The translations under genes were made by a program, and so were the position numbers. The notes below the pieces were generated by a model. The model did not search any database, was not told where the DNA came from, and saw only the letters and a list, made by a program, of their open reading frames with translations. From an uncultured delta proteobacterium (GTDB lineage: Bacteria; Desulfobacterota; Binatia; HRBIN30; BPIQ01): a stretch of DNA of 64,000 nt. Location: contig CAVXGR010000018.1 in NCBI GenBank assembly GCA_963761335.1, forward strand, positions 992,001-1,056,000. Direction: 5' to 3'. Below, piece by piece: positions 19,687-31,475 of this stretch (positions within the stretch are counted from its first letter, which is position 1; every line of letters starts with the position of its first letter).

Positions 19687-21221
19687 AGCCGTCCCCGCCC
19701 GCAGCTGATTCCGCCGCCTCGCCATCGGGGCGGGAGCAGTACTGGCTGACGCGGTTCCTCTTCCTGCGCCTCCTGGGGTTCATCTACTTCGTCGCCTTTC
19801 TCGTCCTCTGCAATCAGATGTTGCCACTCTTCGGTGCCGACGGCCTGTTGCCGGCGCCGCTCTTCCTGTCGCGCGCCCTCGAGTATTTCGGCGGTCGCTG
19901 GCCGGCGTTCGCGGCGATGCCGACGATCTTCTGGCTCAACGTCTCCGACGGCTTCATGCTGGCGCTCGCCTACAGCGGCCTGGTGCTCTCGGGGCTGCTC
20001 CTGATCGGGTTTGCGAACGTTCCGCTCCTGGTGGCGCTGTGGGCGCTGTATCTCTCCTTCGTCCACGTCGGCCAGCTCTTCTGGGGCTACGGTTGGGAGA
20101 GCCTGCTGCTGGAGACGGGGTTCCTGGCGATCTTCATGTGTCCGCTGCTCGACCCGCGACCCTTCCCGGAAAAAGCGCCGCCGCCGAAGCCGGTGATCTG
20201 GCTGCTGCGCTGGCTCGTCTTCCGGGTCATGTTCGGCGCCGGGCTCATCAAGCTGCACGGCGATCAGTGCTGGTGGAATCTCACCTGCATGATGTACCAC
20301 TACGAGACCCAGCCGCTGCCGAACCCGCTGAGCTGGTACCTGAATCAGCTGCCGCCGCTGCTGCATCGGGTCGAGGTTCTCGGCAACCACTTCGTCGAGC
20401 TGCTCGCCCCTTGGGGCCTGGCGGCACCGCGGCGGATTCGCCACGTCGCCGGCCTGTGCATCGTCTTCTTCCAGCTCATGCTCATCCTGAGCGGCAACCT
20501 CTCCTGGCTGAACTACCTGACGATCGCCGTCTGTCTGAGCGCCTTCGACGACGCCTTTCTTCTCAGAGTGATTCCATGGGCGCGCGGCCGCGTTCTGTGC
20601 CTGCGGTCGAAGGGGCCCTCGCCGGCGCGCCGCGCGGTCACCTGGGCGCTGGTGGCTCTGGTTGCCTATCTGAGCATCAACCCGGTGATCAACATGCTCT
20701 CGCCGAACCAGATGATGAACAGCTCCTTCGATCCCCTGGATCTGGTGAACACCTACGGCGCCTTCGGGACGGTCGGCAAGGTGCGCCGCGAGATCATCCT
20801 CGAGGGCACCACGGATACGACGCTGAGCGAGTCGACCCACTGGCTGCCGTACGAGCTCAAGTGCAAGCCCGGCGACGTCGACCGCCGCCCCTGCATCGTG
20901 GCGCCGTACCACTATCGCATCGACTGGCAGATGTGGTTCGCGGCCATGGAGGACTACCGTGGCAACCCATGGCTGCTGCACTTCATCTTCAAGCTGCTCG
21001 AGGGAGACGCCGCTGCCCTGAGCCTTGTGGCGGGCAATCCCTTCCCGGACGGACCGCCTCACTACATCCGCGTCCAGCTGTACGAGTATCACTTCACGCG
21101 CTTCGGGGATCCCGGTGGCGCCTGGTGGCGGCGCCAGCTGATCGGTCCCTACCTGCCGCCGCTCTCGGCGGACGACCCGGCGCTGCAGCGCTTCCTGGCC
21201 TCGCGCGGCTGGAGCCGGTGA
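19674..21221 (+). CDS. Lipase maturation factor (LMF1) family membrane protein; start uncertain
   Basis: YWLTRFLFLRLLGFIY, GWESLLLETGFL, YHYETQPLPNPLSW, VNTYGAFG, PYHYRIDWQMWFAA; no in-frame ATG/GTG before the conserved region (CTG 19674 or TTG 19542, both inside the MITE). Confidence 0.85.
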   Translation: MKHYQPSPPAADSAASPSGREQYWLTRFLFLRLLGFIYFVAFLVLCNQMLPLFGADGLLPAPLFLSRALEYFGGRWPAFAAMPTIFWLNVSDGFMLALAYSGLVLSGLLLIGFANVPLLVALWALYLSFVHVGQLFWGYGWESLLLETGFLAIFMCPLLDPRPFPEKAPPPKPVIWLLRWLVFRVMFGAGLIKLHGDQCWWNLTCMMYHYETQPLPNPLSWYLNQLPPLLHRVEVLGNHFVELLAPWGLAAPRRIRHVAGLCIVFFQLMLILSGNLSWLNYLTIAVCLSAFDDAFLLRVIPWARGRVLCLRSKGPSPARRAVTWALVALVAYLSINPVINMLSPNQMMNSSFDPLDLVNTYGAFGTVGKVRREIILEGTTDTTLSESTHWLPYELKCKPGDVDRRPCIVAPYHYRIDWQMWFAAMEDYRGNPWLLHFIFKLLEGDAAALSLVAGNPFPDGPPHYIRVQLYEYHFTRFGDPGGAWWRRQLIGPYLPPLSADDPALQRFLASRGWSR

Positions 21222-21222
21222 T

Positions 21223-21320
21223 TGTCCCGGGGCGGGGTTGAGCGAACCGCAGAGGCGCAGAGAAGAGAGAGAGCCGCCAAGGCGCCAAGGACGCCAAGAG
21301 GAGATCGCCAAGAGGAAAGA
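21223..21320 (+). repeat. Repeat GGGGCGGGGTTGAGCGAACCGCAGAGGCGCAGAG + (CGCCAAG)n, left copy
   Basis: 21223-21262 matches the reverse complement of 25833-25872 at 39/40. Confidence 0.85.
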
Positions 21321-21372
21321 AGACTGGCCACTCCGCAGGCGGAGTTGTCTATTCAGGACGTGCGCCGCCCGC

Positions 21373-24300
21373 CTATGGAAGCCGGGTGGTGCGACCAGCG
21401 GCACTGCCTCGTCTGACGATGCCTGATCGCAACCAGATCAGCGCGCATGTCCCCAACAACAGCAGCCATGAGCCCAGGCCAGCGCCCTCGCTGCTCAATT
21501 GACAACCTTCACCGCCCGGCGACCCCGAGGCCTGTGTCGGAGCGGCTGTATTCGTCGCCGTCTCCGTAAGGCGCGCCGTCACGCTCGGGGTCGGCGTTGC
21601 CTCCGCAGGGCATTCCACTTCGAGGTCGCTGTGCCCTGCTGCGGGGAGGAAGTGGGTAGTGTCGCGTGCCAGGACCTCGATCCGCTGCGTGCCACAGAAG
21701 GACGGCCGGTAGAGGACACGTACCTGATACGAGTTGTCCGCCGCGATGTACGGCGGGCGCTCTTCGTCGAAGAAGGTGCGATGTCCCGCCAGGTCGGTTG
21801 CGGCGAACAGTACCTGTACACTGCTGACGTCGCCTCCGACGGCGCTGATCTGTGCCTTGACGACGACCGGCTGGTAGAGCTGGACCACCCCGGGCACGGC
21901 CGCGACATCGTCCACGCGCAGCTCGCGGCCGAGAACGGCGGCGCGCGCCGGAGCCGCCGTCGCAGCGCCCTGGCTGCCGTTGATGTGGAGGATGCCGTGG
22001 TAGAAGCCGACGTTGTTGCTGTACGGCTCGATCGGGGCATTGGTGATGTACTTGAGATTCGTTGGAATCCCCGTCAGGCCGTGCCCCGGTATCTCCGGCG
22101 CGAGGGTGCCGTCCTGCTTCTCCATCCACACCACCACCCAGAAGGTCTGGTAGGTATCGCCGAGGTCATTGGTCGAGAGGACGGTGTGCGGGAGCAGGTA
22201 GTTGGGCTCGTTGGTCGTTCCTTCGAAGGCGGGAATCTGGCCGATGGTGACCGGCACAGAGTTGATCAGGACGCTGTCGCCGATCGGCTCGCTAATGCTC
22301 TTGTCCCAGGGCTGACGATAGAAGTTGATCTTGGCCGTCGTGCCCGACGGCATTGCCGCGAAGCTGTAGTTGTAGACGCGTGCTTGTAGGAAGAGATCGG
22401 TACCGGCGTTCACCTCCGTGAGCTGCGGTCCCTCTCCGTTGGCATCCGTCGTGGTGATGAAGAAGCCTCGCATCGTGTAGAATGGAGTGATCCAGACGTC
22501 CCCTCCGCCAAAATCCGCGCTGTTGAACGTGACGCAATCGTACGTGTTTCCCGCCGCCGGGCGGCACTGGTCACCGGTGTCGGCTGCCCTCTCGCTGTAC
22601 CAACGCTGCGGATGATTCACCGCGACGTCCGGGTTTTGTAGATACGGGCTCGAGCCGGAGCTCCACCAATCACCACCGCCGCTCGCCGCTCGCGGATCGA
22701 CGACGTACGCCGTACGGATGGGGCCGGTGGTCGATATGTTGGGTGTCGGAGTGGGAATCGGCACGTTGCCCTGCGTGTTCGACGGCAGCATCTGGCTGAA
22801 GATGTAGGGCTCGACCAGGTACTGGTAGTCTCCGGTCGGCTCGATGAAGGTGTCCGGCTTCATGATCAGCACCCCGGTTGATGCTCCTAGGGACGTCGAA
22901 TCCGAGTAGAGGGTGCTGAAAGCGGTGCTGGAACCGTAATCGACGCCGGCGCTGCCACCGGTGCCTTTGATGCCTCCCGAAACGCTCTCCGAGGTCGTGT
23001 GCGACTGCGTATTCGTCGAGCCGGTGCTCTGATTGTTCCCTCCGCCCGTGGTCCACTTTACTCCGGTATCGTCCGTTGTTGTCCCCGTCGAGAAGGAGAT
23101 CCCGCTCGACAGTGCGATGAGGTTCGGGTACTGCGTTGCGAGCTGCGCGGACGACCATGGATACGAGAAGATGTTCCCCGGCTCGTGGACCGGCTGGTAC
23201 CACTCGAGGGTGGAGCCGTCGAGGAATGCGACGCTAGGAATTCCGCTGGTTGTGGACTCCGAAATTTGGTCGGGCGCCGAGAAGGTGACGTACTCGGGAC
23301 TGCCGTCGGCCGCGGTCACGCCGAGAATGGGGTAGTTGTAGATGTTGAGCCGGCTGTAGTGAAACGCGACGATGTCCCCGAGAGTCGTGGTGCTCGAGGC
23401 GTCGAACATCCGCGTAACATAGGTATCGTAGTTGGACGATACGGTGTTCTCCTGCACCTTGCCGATGGTCGACTGTTCGCTGGCGCCGATGGAGGCCCCC
23501 TCAGCTTTGAACCCCACTCCACCTCCGGTCGTTACCTTCTTCGAGTACGTGTAGCTGGTCGTGCTCGTGCTCGCGGAGTTCTCCTTGTTGTCCGAATCGA
23601 CGGTGTACGTCGAGTTGTAGCTGTCCGGGACGACCGTGAAGTTGAAGACCTCGGGCGCGCTGGCGCCGATCGGCTGCACGTAGTCGGCGTGCATCGGTGG
23701 GACGCCGATGACGACGAGCGGTTGCGAATGCGCCTCCACCCGCACCACCTCCGGCGCTCCGAGCCGCAGCGAGCGTCCCTGGAGGTCGCCGACGCTGAGG
23801 AGATTGCCCTGCAGGTTCTTGCTCTCGACGAAGTTCAAGTCGGTGTCGGTGACGGCGGTCGTGTAGGCGGGCGTGAGGTCGGCCAGGGAAGCGACGTCGT
23901 AGAAGAGTACGGTGGGGGAGGGGGAGCCGCGCAGCACGGCGATCTGCTGGTTCGTCGTCGCGGCCGAAGAGCCGAAGTTGCTCGTTCCGGAGAACCGGCC
24001 GATGGCAACGCCGATGACGATCTGCAGCTGCTGAGTGGAGAACGTGGGGCCGTGGAACACGGTCGGCTTCAGACCGGAGCCGTAGCTGACCAGAGTCAGC
24101 ATGGTCTTGGACTCGTTGTAGTTGGTCTGCTTGGTCTGGGCGATGACCACTTGATGTGCCGCCTGCTCCTCGTTCAGGACGACGCCGTTTTCATACAGGA
24201 CGAGCGGCCCGCTGGTGGCGACGATGCCGTCGAGCTGATTGGTGGGGACGGTGACGGTCTTCGAGTTGTTGCAGACCTGGACTTCGCTCGTCTGGGTGAA

Positions 24301-25368
24301 CTTCGTCAATCCGGCATTGACCTCGTAGGAACGCAGGTAGCAGTTGTTTCCAAGGAGGTCCTGGTCCAATAGCACCAGCTCGTCACCGCCCCGGTCTACG
24401 TCGAAATTCCCGACCAGTACGTTGACCGCGGGATTGTCTTGGTCGAGCCCGTCGAACCCGCTGTTACCGTACAGCGACGTCAGCATCTCGGTGCCGCTGG
24501 CCGGAATGATCTGAAAGCGCTGCGCGCCCCCGCAGATCGTCCCGGCGACGTCGCCCGGACAGATCGACGCGAGATAGACGTTGCGCACCGCCGTATTGGA
24601 CTGCCTGCCGCCGATCCAGGCGATATCGAGGATGCCGTCGTCGTTGAGATCGCCGACCGCCGGCTGGTTCTGCGGCGTCTGCTCGAAACTGAGCGCCAGG
24701 CTCGGCCCGAAGGCGAGCGCCATGCTCTTTCCGGTTGGGTCCGCCGCACTGGCGACGAACATCTCGTCGCTGTTCATGACGATCAGGTCATCGAGACCGT
24801 CGAAGTCGAAGTCGGCGACGCCGAGCTGCAATGACTGAGCCGACGTGGTGATCGTCGTCGAGGCGGAAGCTCCCGTGACCGGCTGATCGACGTGAAACGT
24901 GACGTTGTTGGTTCCCGAACAGTCACGGCCGCTGGCGTTGTCGTTGGCCACAACGGTGACGATGAAGGCCCCGCCGGACGTATTGAAGAGCCGGGCGACC
25001 CTCGTCTGCATCGGTCCGGGGAAGAGGGGGCCGTTGACGGTCTCGGCGCACACCGGATGGTCGGGATAGGTGGAATGGCTGCCGGTCACTGTGGCGCCGC
25101 CATTGTCGAGCAGCAGCGGCGAGATGCGATAGTTCCTCGGGTCGCAGTTGGACACGCAGCTGCCGGGGCGCGTCGGCCACCAGGCCACCAGGTCGTCGGC
25201 GGGGATGAGGCTGCGCTGGCCGCCGAGGATGTCATCGACATTGCTCATGTCCGGATCGTCGGCTGCCGCTCGACCGGCGCTCAGGATGACGGCGCCCAGG
25301 AGCAGAGCCACGCCGATGACCCGTGCAACTCGCGTCCAACCTGTTTGCTTCTGACACTGGCGCCCCAT
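21373..25368 (-). CDS. Large secreted FG-GAP/VCBS-repeat protein (1331 aa) with C-terminal GC-type sorting signal
   Basis: Signal peptide; ADFDFDGLDDL, GDLNDDGILDI, GNFDVDRGGDEL motifs; Thr/Pro linker, GGEGCQL, TM helix, basic tail; SD AAGGAG. Confidence 0.8.
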   Translation of the reverse strand: MGRQCQKQTGWTRVARVIGVALLLGAVILSAGRAAADDPDMSNVDDILGGQRSLIPADDLVAWWPTRPGSCVSNCDPRNYRISPLLLDNGGATVTGSHSTYPDHPVCAETVNGPLFPGPMQTRVARLFNTSGGAFIVTVVANDNASGRDCSGTNNVTFHVDQPVTGASASTTITTSAQSLQLGVADFDFDGLDDLIVMNSDEMFVASAADPTGKSMALAFGPSLALSFEQTPQNQPAVGDLNDDGILDIAWIGGRQSNTAVRNVYLASICPGDVAGTICGGAQRFQIIPASGTEMLTSLYGNSGFDGLDQDNPAVNVLVGNFDVDRGGDELVLLDQDLLGNNCYLRSYEVNAGLTKFTQTSEVQVCNNSKTVTVPTNQLDGIVATSGPLVLYENGVVLNEEQAAHQVVIAQTKQTNYNESKTMLTLVSYGSGLKPTVFHGPTFSTQQLQIVIGVAIGRFSGTSNFGSSAATTNQQIAVLRGSPSPTVLFYDVASLADLTPAYTTAVTDTDLNFVESKNLQGNLLSVGDLQGRSLRLGAPEVVRVEAHSQPLVVIGVPPMHADYVQPIGASAPEVFNFTVVPDSYNSTYTVDSDNKENSASTSTTSYTYSKKVTTGGGVGFKAEGASIGASEQSTIGKVQENTVSSNYDTYVTRMFDASSTTTLGDIVAFHYSRLNIYNYPILGVTAADGSPEYVTFSAPDQISESTTSGIPSVAFLDGSTLEWYQPVHEPGNIFSYPWSSAQLATQYPNLIALSSGISFSTGTTTDDTGVKWTTGGGNNQSTGSTNTQSHTTSESVSGGIKGTGGSAGVDYGSSTAFSTLYSDSTSLGASTGVLIMKPDTFIEPTGDYQYLVEPYIFSQMLPSNTQGNVPIPTPTPNISTTGPIRTAYVVDPRAASGGGDWWSSGSSPYLQNPDVAVNHPQRWYSERAADTGDQCRPAAGNTYDCVTFNSADFGGGDVWITPFYTMRGFFITTTDANGEGPQLTEVNAGTDLFLQARVYNYSFAAMPSGTTAKINFYRQPWDKSISEPIGDSVLINSVPVTIGQIPAFEGTTNEPNYLLPHTVLSTNDLGDTYQTFWVVVWMEKQDGTLAPEIPGHGLTGIPTNLKYITNAPIEPYSNNVGFYHGILHINGSQGAATAAPARAAVLGRELRVDDVAAVPGVVQLYQPVVVKAQISAVGGDVSSVQVLFAATDLAGHRTFFDEERPPYIAADNSYQVRVLYRPSFCGTQRIEVLARDTTHFLPAAGHSDLEVECPAEATPTPSVTARLTETATNTAAPTQASGSPGGEGCQLSSEGAGLGSWLLLLGTCALIWLRSGIVRRGSAAGRTTRLP

Positions 25369-25774
25369 GCGCTTCTCCTTCGGTGTTACGGTCGAGCCTC
25401 TTCGTGAGAGGTCGGCCGCTCATCGTCGCTCGAGTCCTTGCGGCGAAGTTTCCTGCTCAGACTGCCGCCTGCACTCGGCAATCGTCAATACGACTCGTGC
25501 GATTCGGATATCCGGTGTTGGATGGCGCAGGATAACCGACTACCGCGGCCACTGCGACCCTTTTCGCTTTGCCCGAGGCGAAGAATTCTTTGCCGGCAGC
25601 GCATGGCTGATGAAGGTGCTGCGCGTGTTGCGCCTTCACCATCCCGCCGGAGGTCGCAGTCGCCACGCGAGAAGCTGGTTGCGACGAAGATTTAAGCGCC
25701 GCGTGAGAAGGAGCAAGCGAGCCAGCCTGCCCGTCCTCGGCCCATCTCCGACTTGCGCGCCGTCTCGGCGTCCT

Positions 25775-25872
25775 TTCTTTGCGCTCTTTGCCCTCTTGGC
25801 GCCTTGGCGGTGCTCTTCTCTTCCTCCGCGCCCTCTGCGCCTCTGCGGTTCGCTCAACCCCGCCCCGGAACA
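25775..25872 (-). repeat. Repeat GGGGCGGGGTTGAGCGAACCGCAGAGGCGCAGAG + (CGCCAAG)n, right inverted copy
   Basis: Reverse complement of 21223-21320; supplies the stop codon of the adjacent P450. Confidence 0.85.
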
Positions 25873-27152
25873 TTGCCGGCAGACGGCCCAGACGCCGACC
25901 GCCTCGGCGCCGGCGTAAACCGACACGGCATGCGCTTGATGCCGTGGATGAAGGCCGATTGCAGCATGGCCGGCGGGCCGCTGACCTCGATGTCGGGGAG
26001 GCGGTGCAGCAGCTCGTCGAACATGACCGCGATCTCGCGGCGGGCGAGATTGGCGCCGAGGCAGAAATGCGGGCCGCCGGCGCCGAAGCCGACGTGCTCG
26101 TTGGGAGTGCGGCCGACGTCGAAGCGGTGCGGATCGTCGAACGCCGCTTCGTCCCGATTGGCGGAGTTGTACCACATGACCACCTTGTCGCCGGCGGCGA
26201 TCTTCTGGCCGCCGATCTCGGTGTCCTTGACGGCGGTGCGCCGGAAGTGGATGACCGGGCTCGCCCAGCGGACGATCTCCTCGACGGCGGTCGGGGTCAG
26301 GCGCTCGAAGTCGGCGAGCCATCGGGCGCGCTCCTCGGGAAAATCGGTGAGCGCCTTCATGGCGTGGCTGATGGCGTTGCGCGTGGTCTCGTTGCCGGCG
26401 GCGACCAGCAGGATGAAGAAGGAGCCGAACTCCTGCGCCGAGAGCCGCTCGCCGTCCACCTCGGCGTTCATCAGTGCCGAGGTGATGTCATCGGTGGGCG
26501 TCTCCAGGCGCCGGCGGCCGAGCTCCTGAGCGTACTGGGACAGCTCCATGCCGGCGGCCATGAGGTCCTCGATGGTCATGGCGTACTCCGGGTCGCCGAC
26601 GCCGAGGATGATGTTGGTCAGCTCGAGGATGCGCCGGTAGTCGGAGGCCGGGATACCCATCATGTCGCAGATGATCTCCAGCGGCAGGGCGGCGGCGACG
26701 TCGGCCACGAAGTCGCACTCGCCGCGCTCGGCGACGGCCTCGACGATCTTCTGCGCCTTGTCGCGGACCATCCCCTCGGCGCGGTTCACCATGCGCGGCG
26801 TGAAGCCGCGGTTGACGATGAGGCGCAGCTTCGTGTGGCGCGGCGCGTCCATGTTGATCATCGAGCCGAAGAACTCGGCGAGCTCGATTGGCAGGTCGCC
26901 GATGTTGGAGCCGCGACCGGAGATGAAGGTCTGCGGGTTGCGACTGACCTGGAAGACGTCGGCGTAGCGGGTGAGCGCCCAGAATCCGGGCCCCTTGGGG
27001 AGGCCCGGGTAGTCGAACTCCTCGTGAAACGACACGGGGCGCTCGGCGCGCAGCTTGGCGAAGACGCCCTCGCGGTCGGTGCGCAGCCAGAACTCGGGCG
27101 TGGCGAGCTTGATCTCGTCGACGGACAGCGTCGTCTCGGGGGTCATCGGCAT
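25854..27152 (-). CDS. Cytochrome P450 (CYP124/125-like)
   Basis: GFWALTRYADV, AGNETTRN, EEIVRW, HVGFGAGGPHFCLGANLA. Confidence 0.93.
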   Translation of the reverse strand: MPMTPETTLSVDEIKLATPEFWLRTDREGVFAKLRAERPVSFHEEFDYPGLPKGPGFWALTRYADVFQVSRNPQTFISGRGSNIGDLPIELAEFFGSMINMDAPRHTKLRLIVNRGFTPRMVNRAEGMVRDKAQKIVEAVAERGECDFVADVAAALPLEIICDMMGIPASDYRRILELTNIILGVGDPEYAMTIEDLMAAGMELSQYAQELGRRRLETPTDDITSALMNAEVDGERLSAQEFGSFFILLVAAGNETTRNAISHAMKALTDFPEERARWLADFERLTPTAVEEIVRWASPVIHFRRTAVKDTEIGGQKIAAGDKVVMWYNSANRDEAAFDDPHRFDVGRTPNEHVGFGAGGPHFCLGANLARREIAVMFDELLHRLPDIEVSGPPAMLQSAFIHGIKRMPCRFTPAPRRSASGPSAGNVPGRG

Positions 27153-27200
27153 GAATCGCCTCTTAGCGACCCCGCCGGCTCCAGTCCAGCCGCGCCCGGC

Positions 27201-29441
<2,241 letters not shown>

Positions 29442-29565
29442 CAGGGCACCTCGCCTACAAATACTCCGAAAAGTGCCGCCCGGCCACCTCCCGGAGAGAG
29501 TTGCGATATGCGGGTGCACGTGCCAAGAAGGGGCGGCTGCGGCGCTCGCCAACCCGGAGGCACTC

Positions 29566-30441
29566 ATGAATATCGGCAAGATCGGCATCTGGGCATTCCT
29601 GGACATGCTCCCGGCCGCCCAAGCGCGCGCCGCGGCTGCGGAGATCGAGGCGCTCGGCTACGGAGCCCTGTGGATTCCCGAGGCGATCGGCCGCGAGGTC
29701 TTCAGCAGCGCCGCGATTCTTCTCGGCGCCTCGCCGCGATTGGTGATCGCCACGGGCATCGCCAACATCTGGGCGCGCGACGCGATGGCCATGGCGGCGG
29801 CGCAGAAGACGCTCTGCGAGGCGTATCCGCAGCGGTTTCTCCTGGGCATGGGGGTCAGCCACGCGCCCCTGGTCGGCCCCGTCCGCGGTCATCACTACCA
29901 GCGGCCGCTGAGCACCATGCGGGAGTACCTCGATGCCATGGACGCGGCGCCGTTCATGGCGGTTGCTCCGCCGTCGCCGCCCGAGCGCGTGCTGGCAGCG
30001 CTGCATCCGAAGATGCTGGCCCTGGCCGCCGAACGGGCCGACGGCTCGCACACGTACTTCGTGCCTCCGGAGCACACCCGGCGGGCGCGCGCTGCCCTCG
30101 GCTCCGGCAAGCGTCTGGCCGCGGAGCAGGCGGTGGTTCTCGAGACCGATGCGGAGAAGGCGCGTGCCCTGGCGCGCACGCATATGGCCACCTACCTCAA
30201 CCTGCCGAACTACGCGCGCAACCTGCGCAGCCTCGGCTTCTCCGACGAGGATCTGGGCGGCGGCGGCAGTGATCGGCTGGTCGATTCCATCGTCGCCTGG
30301 GGCGCCGTCGAGGCGATCGCCGCCCGCGTGCGCCAGCACCACGACGCCGGCGCCGATCACGTCTGCCTGCAGGTGCTCGATCCCGATCCGAGCAGCCCGC
30401 CGCTGCGGCAATGGCGCGAGCTGGCGCGAGCGCTGCTGTGA
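29566..30441 (+). CDS. F420-dependent LLM-class oxidoreductase (TIGR03620-like)
   Basis: LGYGALWIPE, ATGIANIWARD, GMGVSHAPLV, AALHPKML, YLNLPNY, AGADHVCLQ. Confidence 0.85.
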   Translation: MNIGKIGIWAFLDMLPAAQARAAAAEIEALGYGALWIPEAIGREVFSSAAILLGASPRLVIATGIANIWARDAMAMAAAQKTLCEAYPQRFLLGMGVSHAPLVGPVRGHHYQRPLSTMREYLDAMDAAPFMAVAPPSPPERVLAALHPKMLALAAERADGSHTYFVPPEHTRRARAALGSGKRLAAEQAVVLETDAEKARALARTHMATYLNLPNYARNLRSLGFSDEDLGGGGSDRLVDSIVAWGAVEAIAARVRQHHDAGADHVCLQVLDPDPSSPPLRQWRELARALL

Positions 30442-31475
30442 TCGCGGCGCGCGAGGAAAGGCGGCAGGCCTCCGAGGAAGCGGCGGTGGATCTCTCGGTG
30501 GTCATTCCGATCTTCAACGAGGCTGAGAATCTGGAGGAGCTGCACGAGCGTCTGCTGGCGACGCTGGCCGAGCTGCCGCGACAGGCCGAGGTCTGGTACG
30601 TCGACGACGGCAGCAGTGACGGGTCGCTGCAGATCCTGCACGAGCTCTGCCGCCGGGGTCCCCGCGTCAACGTCGTCGAGCTGCGCGGCAACTACGGCCA
30701 GCACGCCGCGGTGCTCGCCGGCTTTGCCGCGAGTCGAGGCGAGGTGGTGGTGACCCTCGACGGCGATCTGCAGAATCCGCCCGAGGAGATTCCACGCCTG
30801 CTCGACAAGATGGGCGAGGGCTATGACGTCGTCGGCGGCTGGCGCGAGGCGCGGCACGACCCGCTCCTTCGCCGCTTGGCCTCGGCGATGGTCAACCGCG
30901 CCACCTCGATCGCCGTGGGCGTGCGCATGCGCGACTACGGCTGCATGCTGCGCGCCTACAGCCGCGAGGTGGTCGAGCTCATTCTCGAGTGCGACGAGCG
31001 CGTGCTCTTTCTGCCGGCGCTCGCCAATACGCTGGCGCGGCGCCCGGCGGAGGTGCAGGTGCGGCACGCCGAGCGCGGTCACGGCACCTCGAAGTACTCA
31101 CCGCTGAAGCTCATGCGCCTGGCCTTCGACCTGCTGACGGGGTTCTCCCTGATCCCCATTCAGATGGTTTCCCTCTTCGGCATCTTCGTGTCTCTGGCCG
31201 GGGTCGGCTTTGGCGGCTTCCTCATGGTCCGCCGCTTGATCGTCGGACCCGAGAGCGAGGGCGTCTTCACGCTCTTCGCCATCCTCTTCGTGTTCGTCGG
31301 CGTGCTCATCCTCGCCGTCGGCCTGGTGGGAGAGTACGTCGGCCGCATCTATCTCGAGGTGCGCCACCGCCCGCCCTATCGGGTGCGGACGACGCACCGG
31401 GGCGCCGAGGACCGTGTCGGCGAGGGCGAGGCGGCGCCGAGCCGCGCCGCAAGCGCAAGGGAGGTTCGACTGTGA
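30438..31475 (+). CDS. GT2 polyprenol-phosphate glycosyltransferase (ArnC/GtrB-like)
   Basis: SVVIPIFNE, VDDGSSD, NYGQHAA, LDGDLQNPPEEIP, DYGCMLRAY, two C-terminal TMs, GEYVGRIY. Confidence 0.9.
   Translation: MIAAREERRQASEEAAVDLSVVIPIFNEAENLEELHERLLATLAELPRQAEVWYVDDGSSDGSLQILHELCRRGPRVNVVELRGNYGQHAAVLAGFAASRGEVVVTLDGDLQNPPEEIPRLLDKMGEGYDVVGGWREARHDPLLRRLASAMVNRATSIAVGVRMRDYGCMLRAYSREVVELILECDERVLFLPALANTLARRPAEVQVRHAERGHGTSKYSPLKLMRLAFDLLTGFSLIPIQMVSLFGIFVSLAGVGFGGFLMVRRLIVGPESEGVFTLFAILFVFVGVLILAVGLVGEYVGRIYLEVRHRPPYRVRTTHRGAEDRVGEGEAAPSRAASAREVRL

Noticed and set aside
25520..25600. c-di-GMP-I riboswitch-like words (GGCAAA, GAAA, GGTAG) on the minus strand upstream of the large surface protein
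   Set aside because: Spacing is too short and the P2/P3 stems cannot be formed by eye; an Infernal/Rfam scan would settle it
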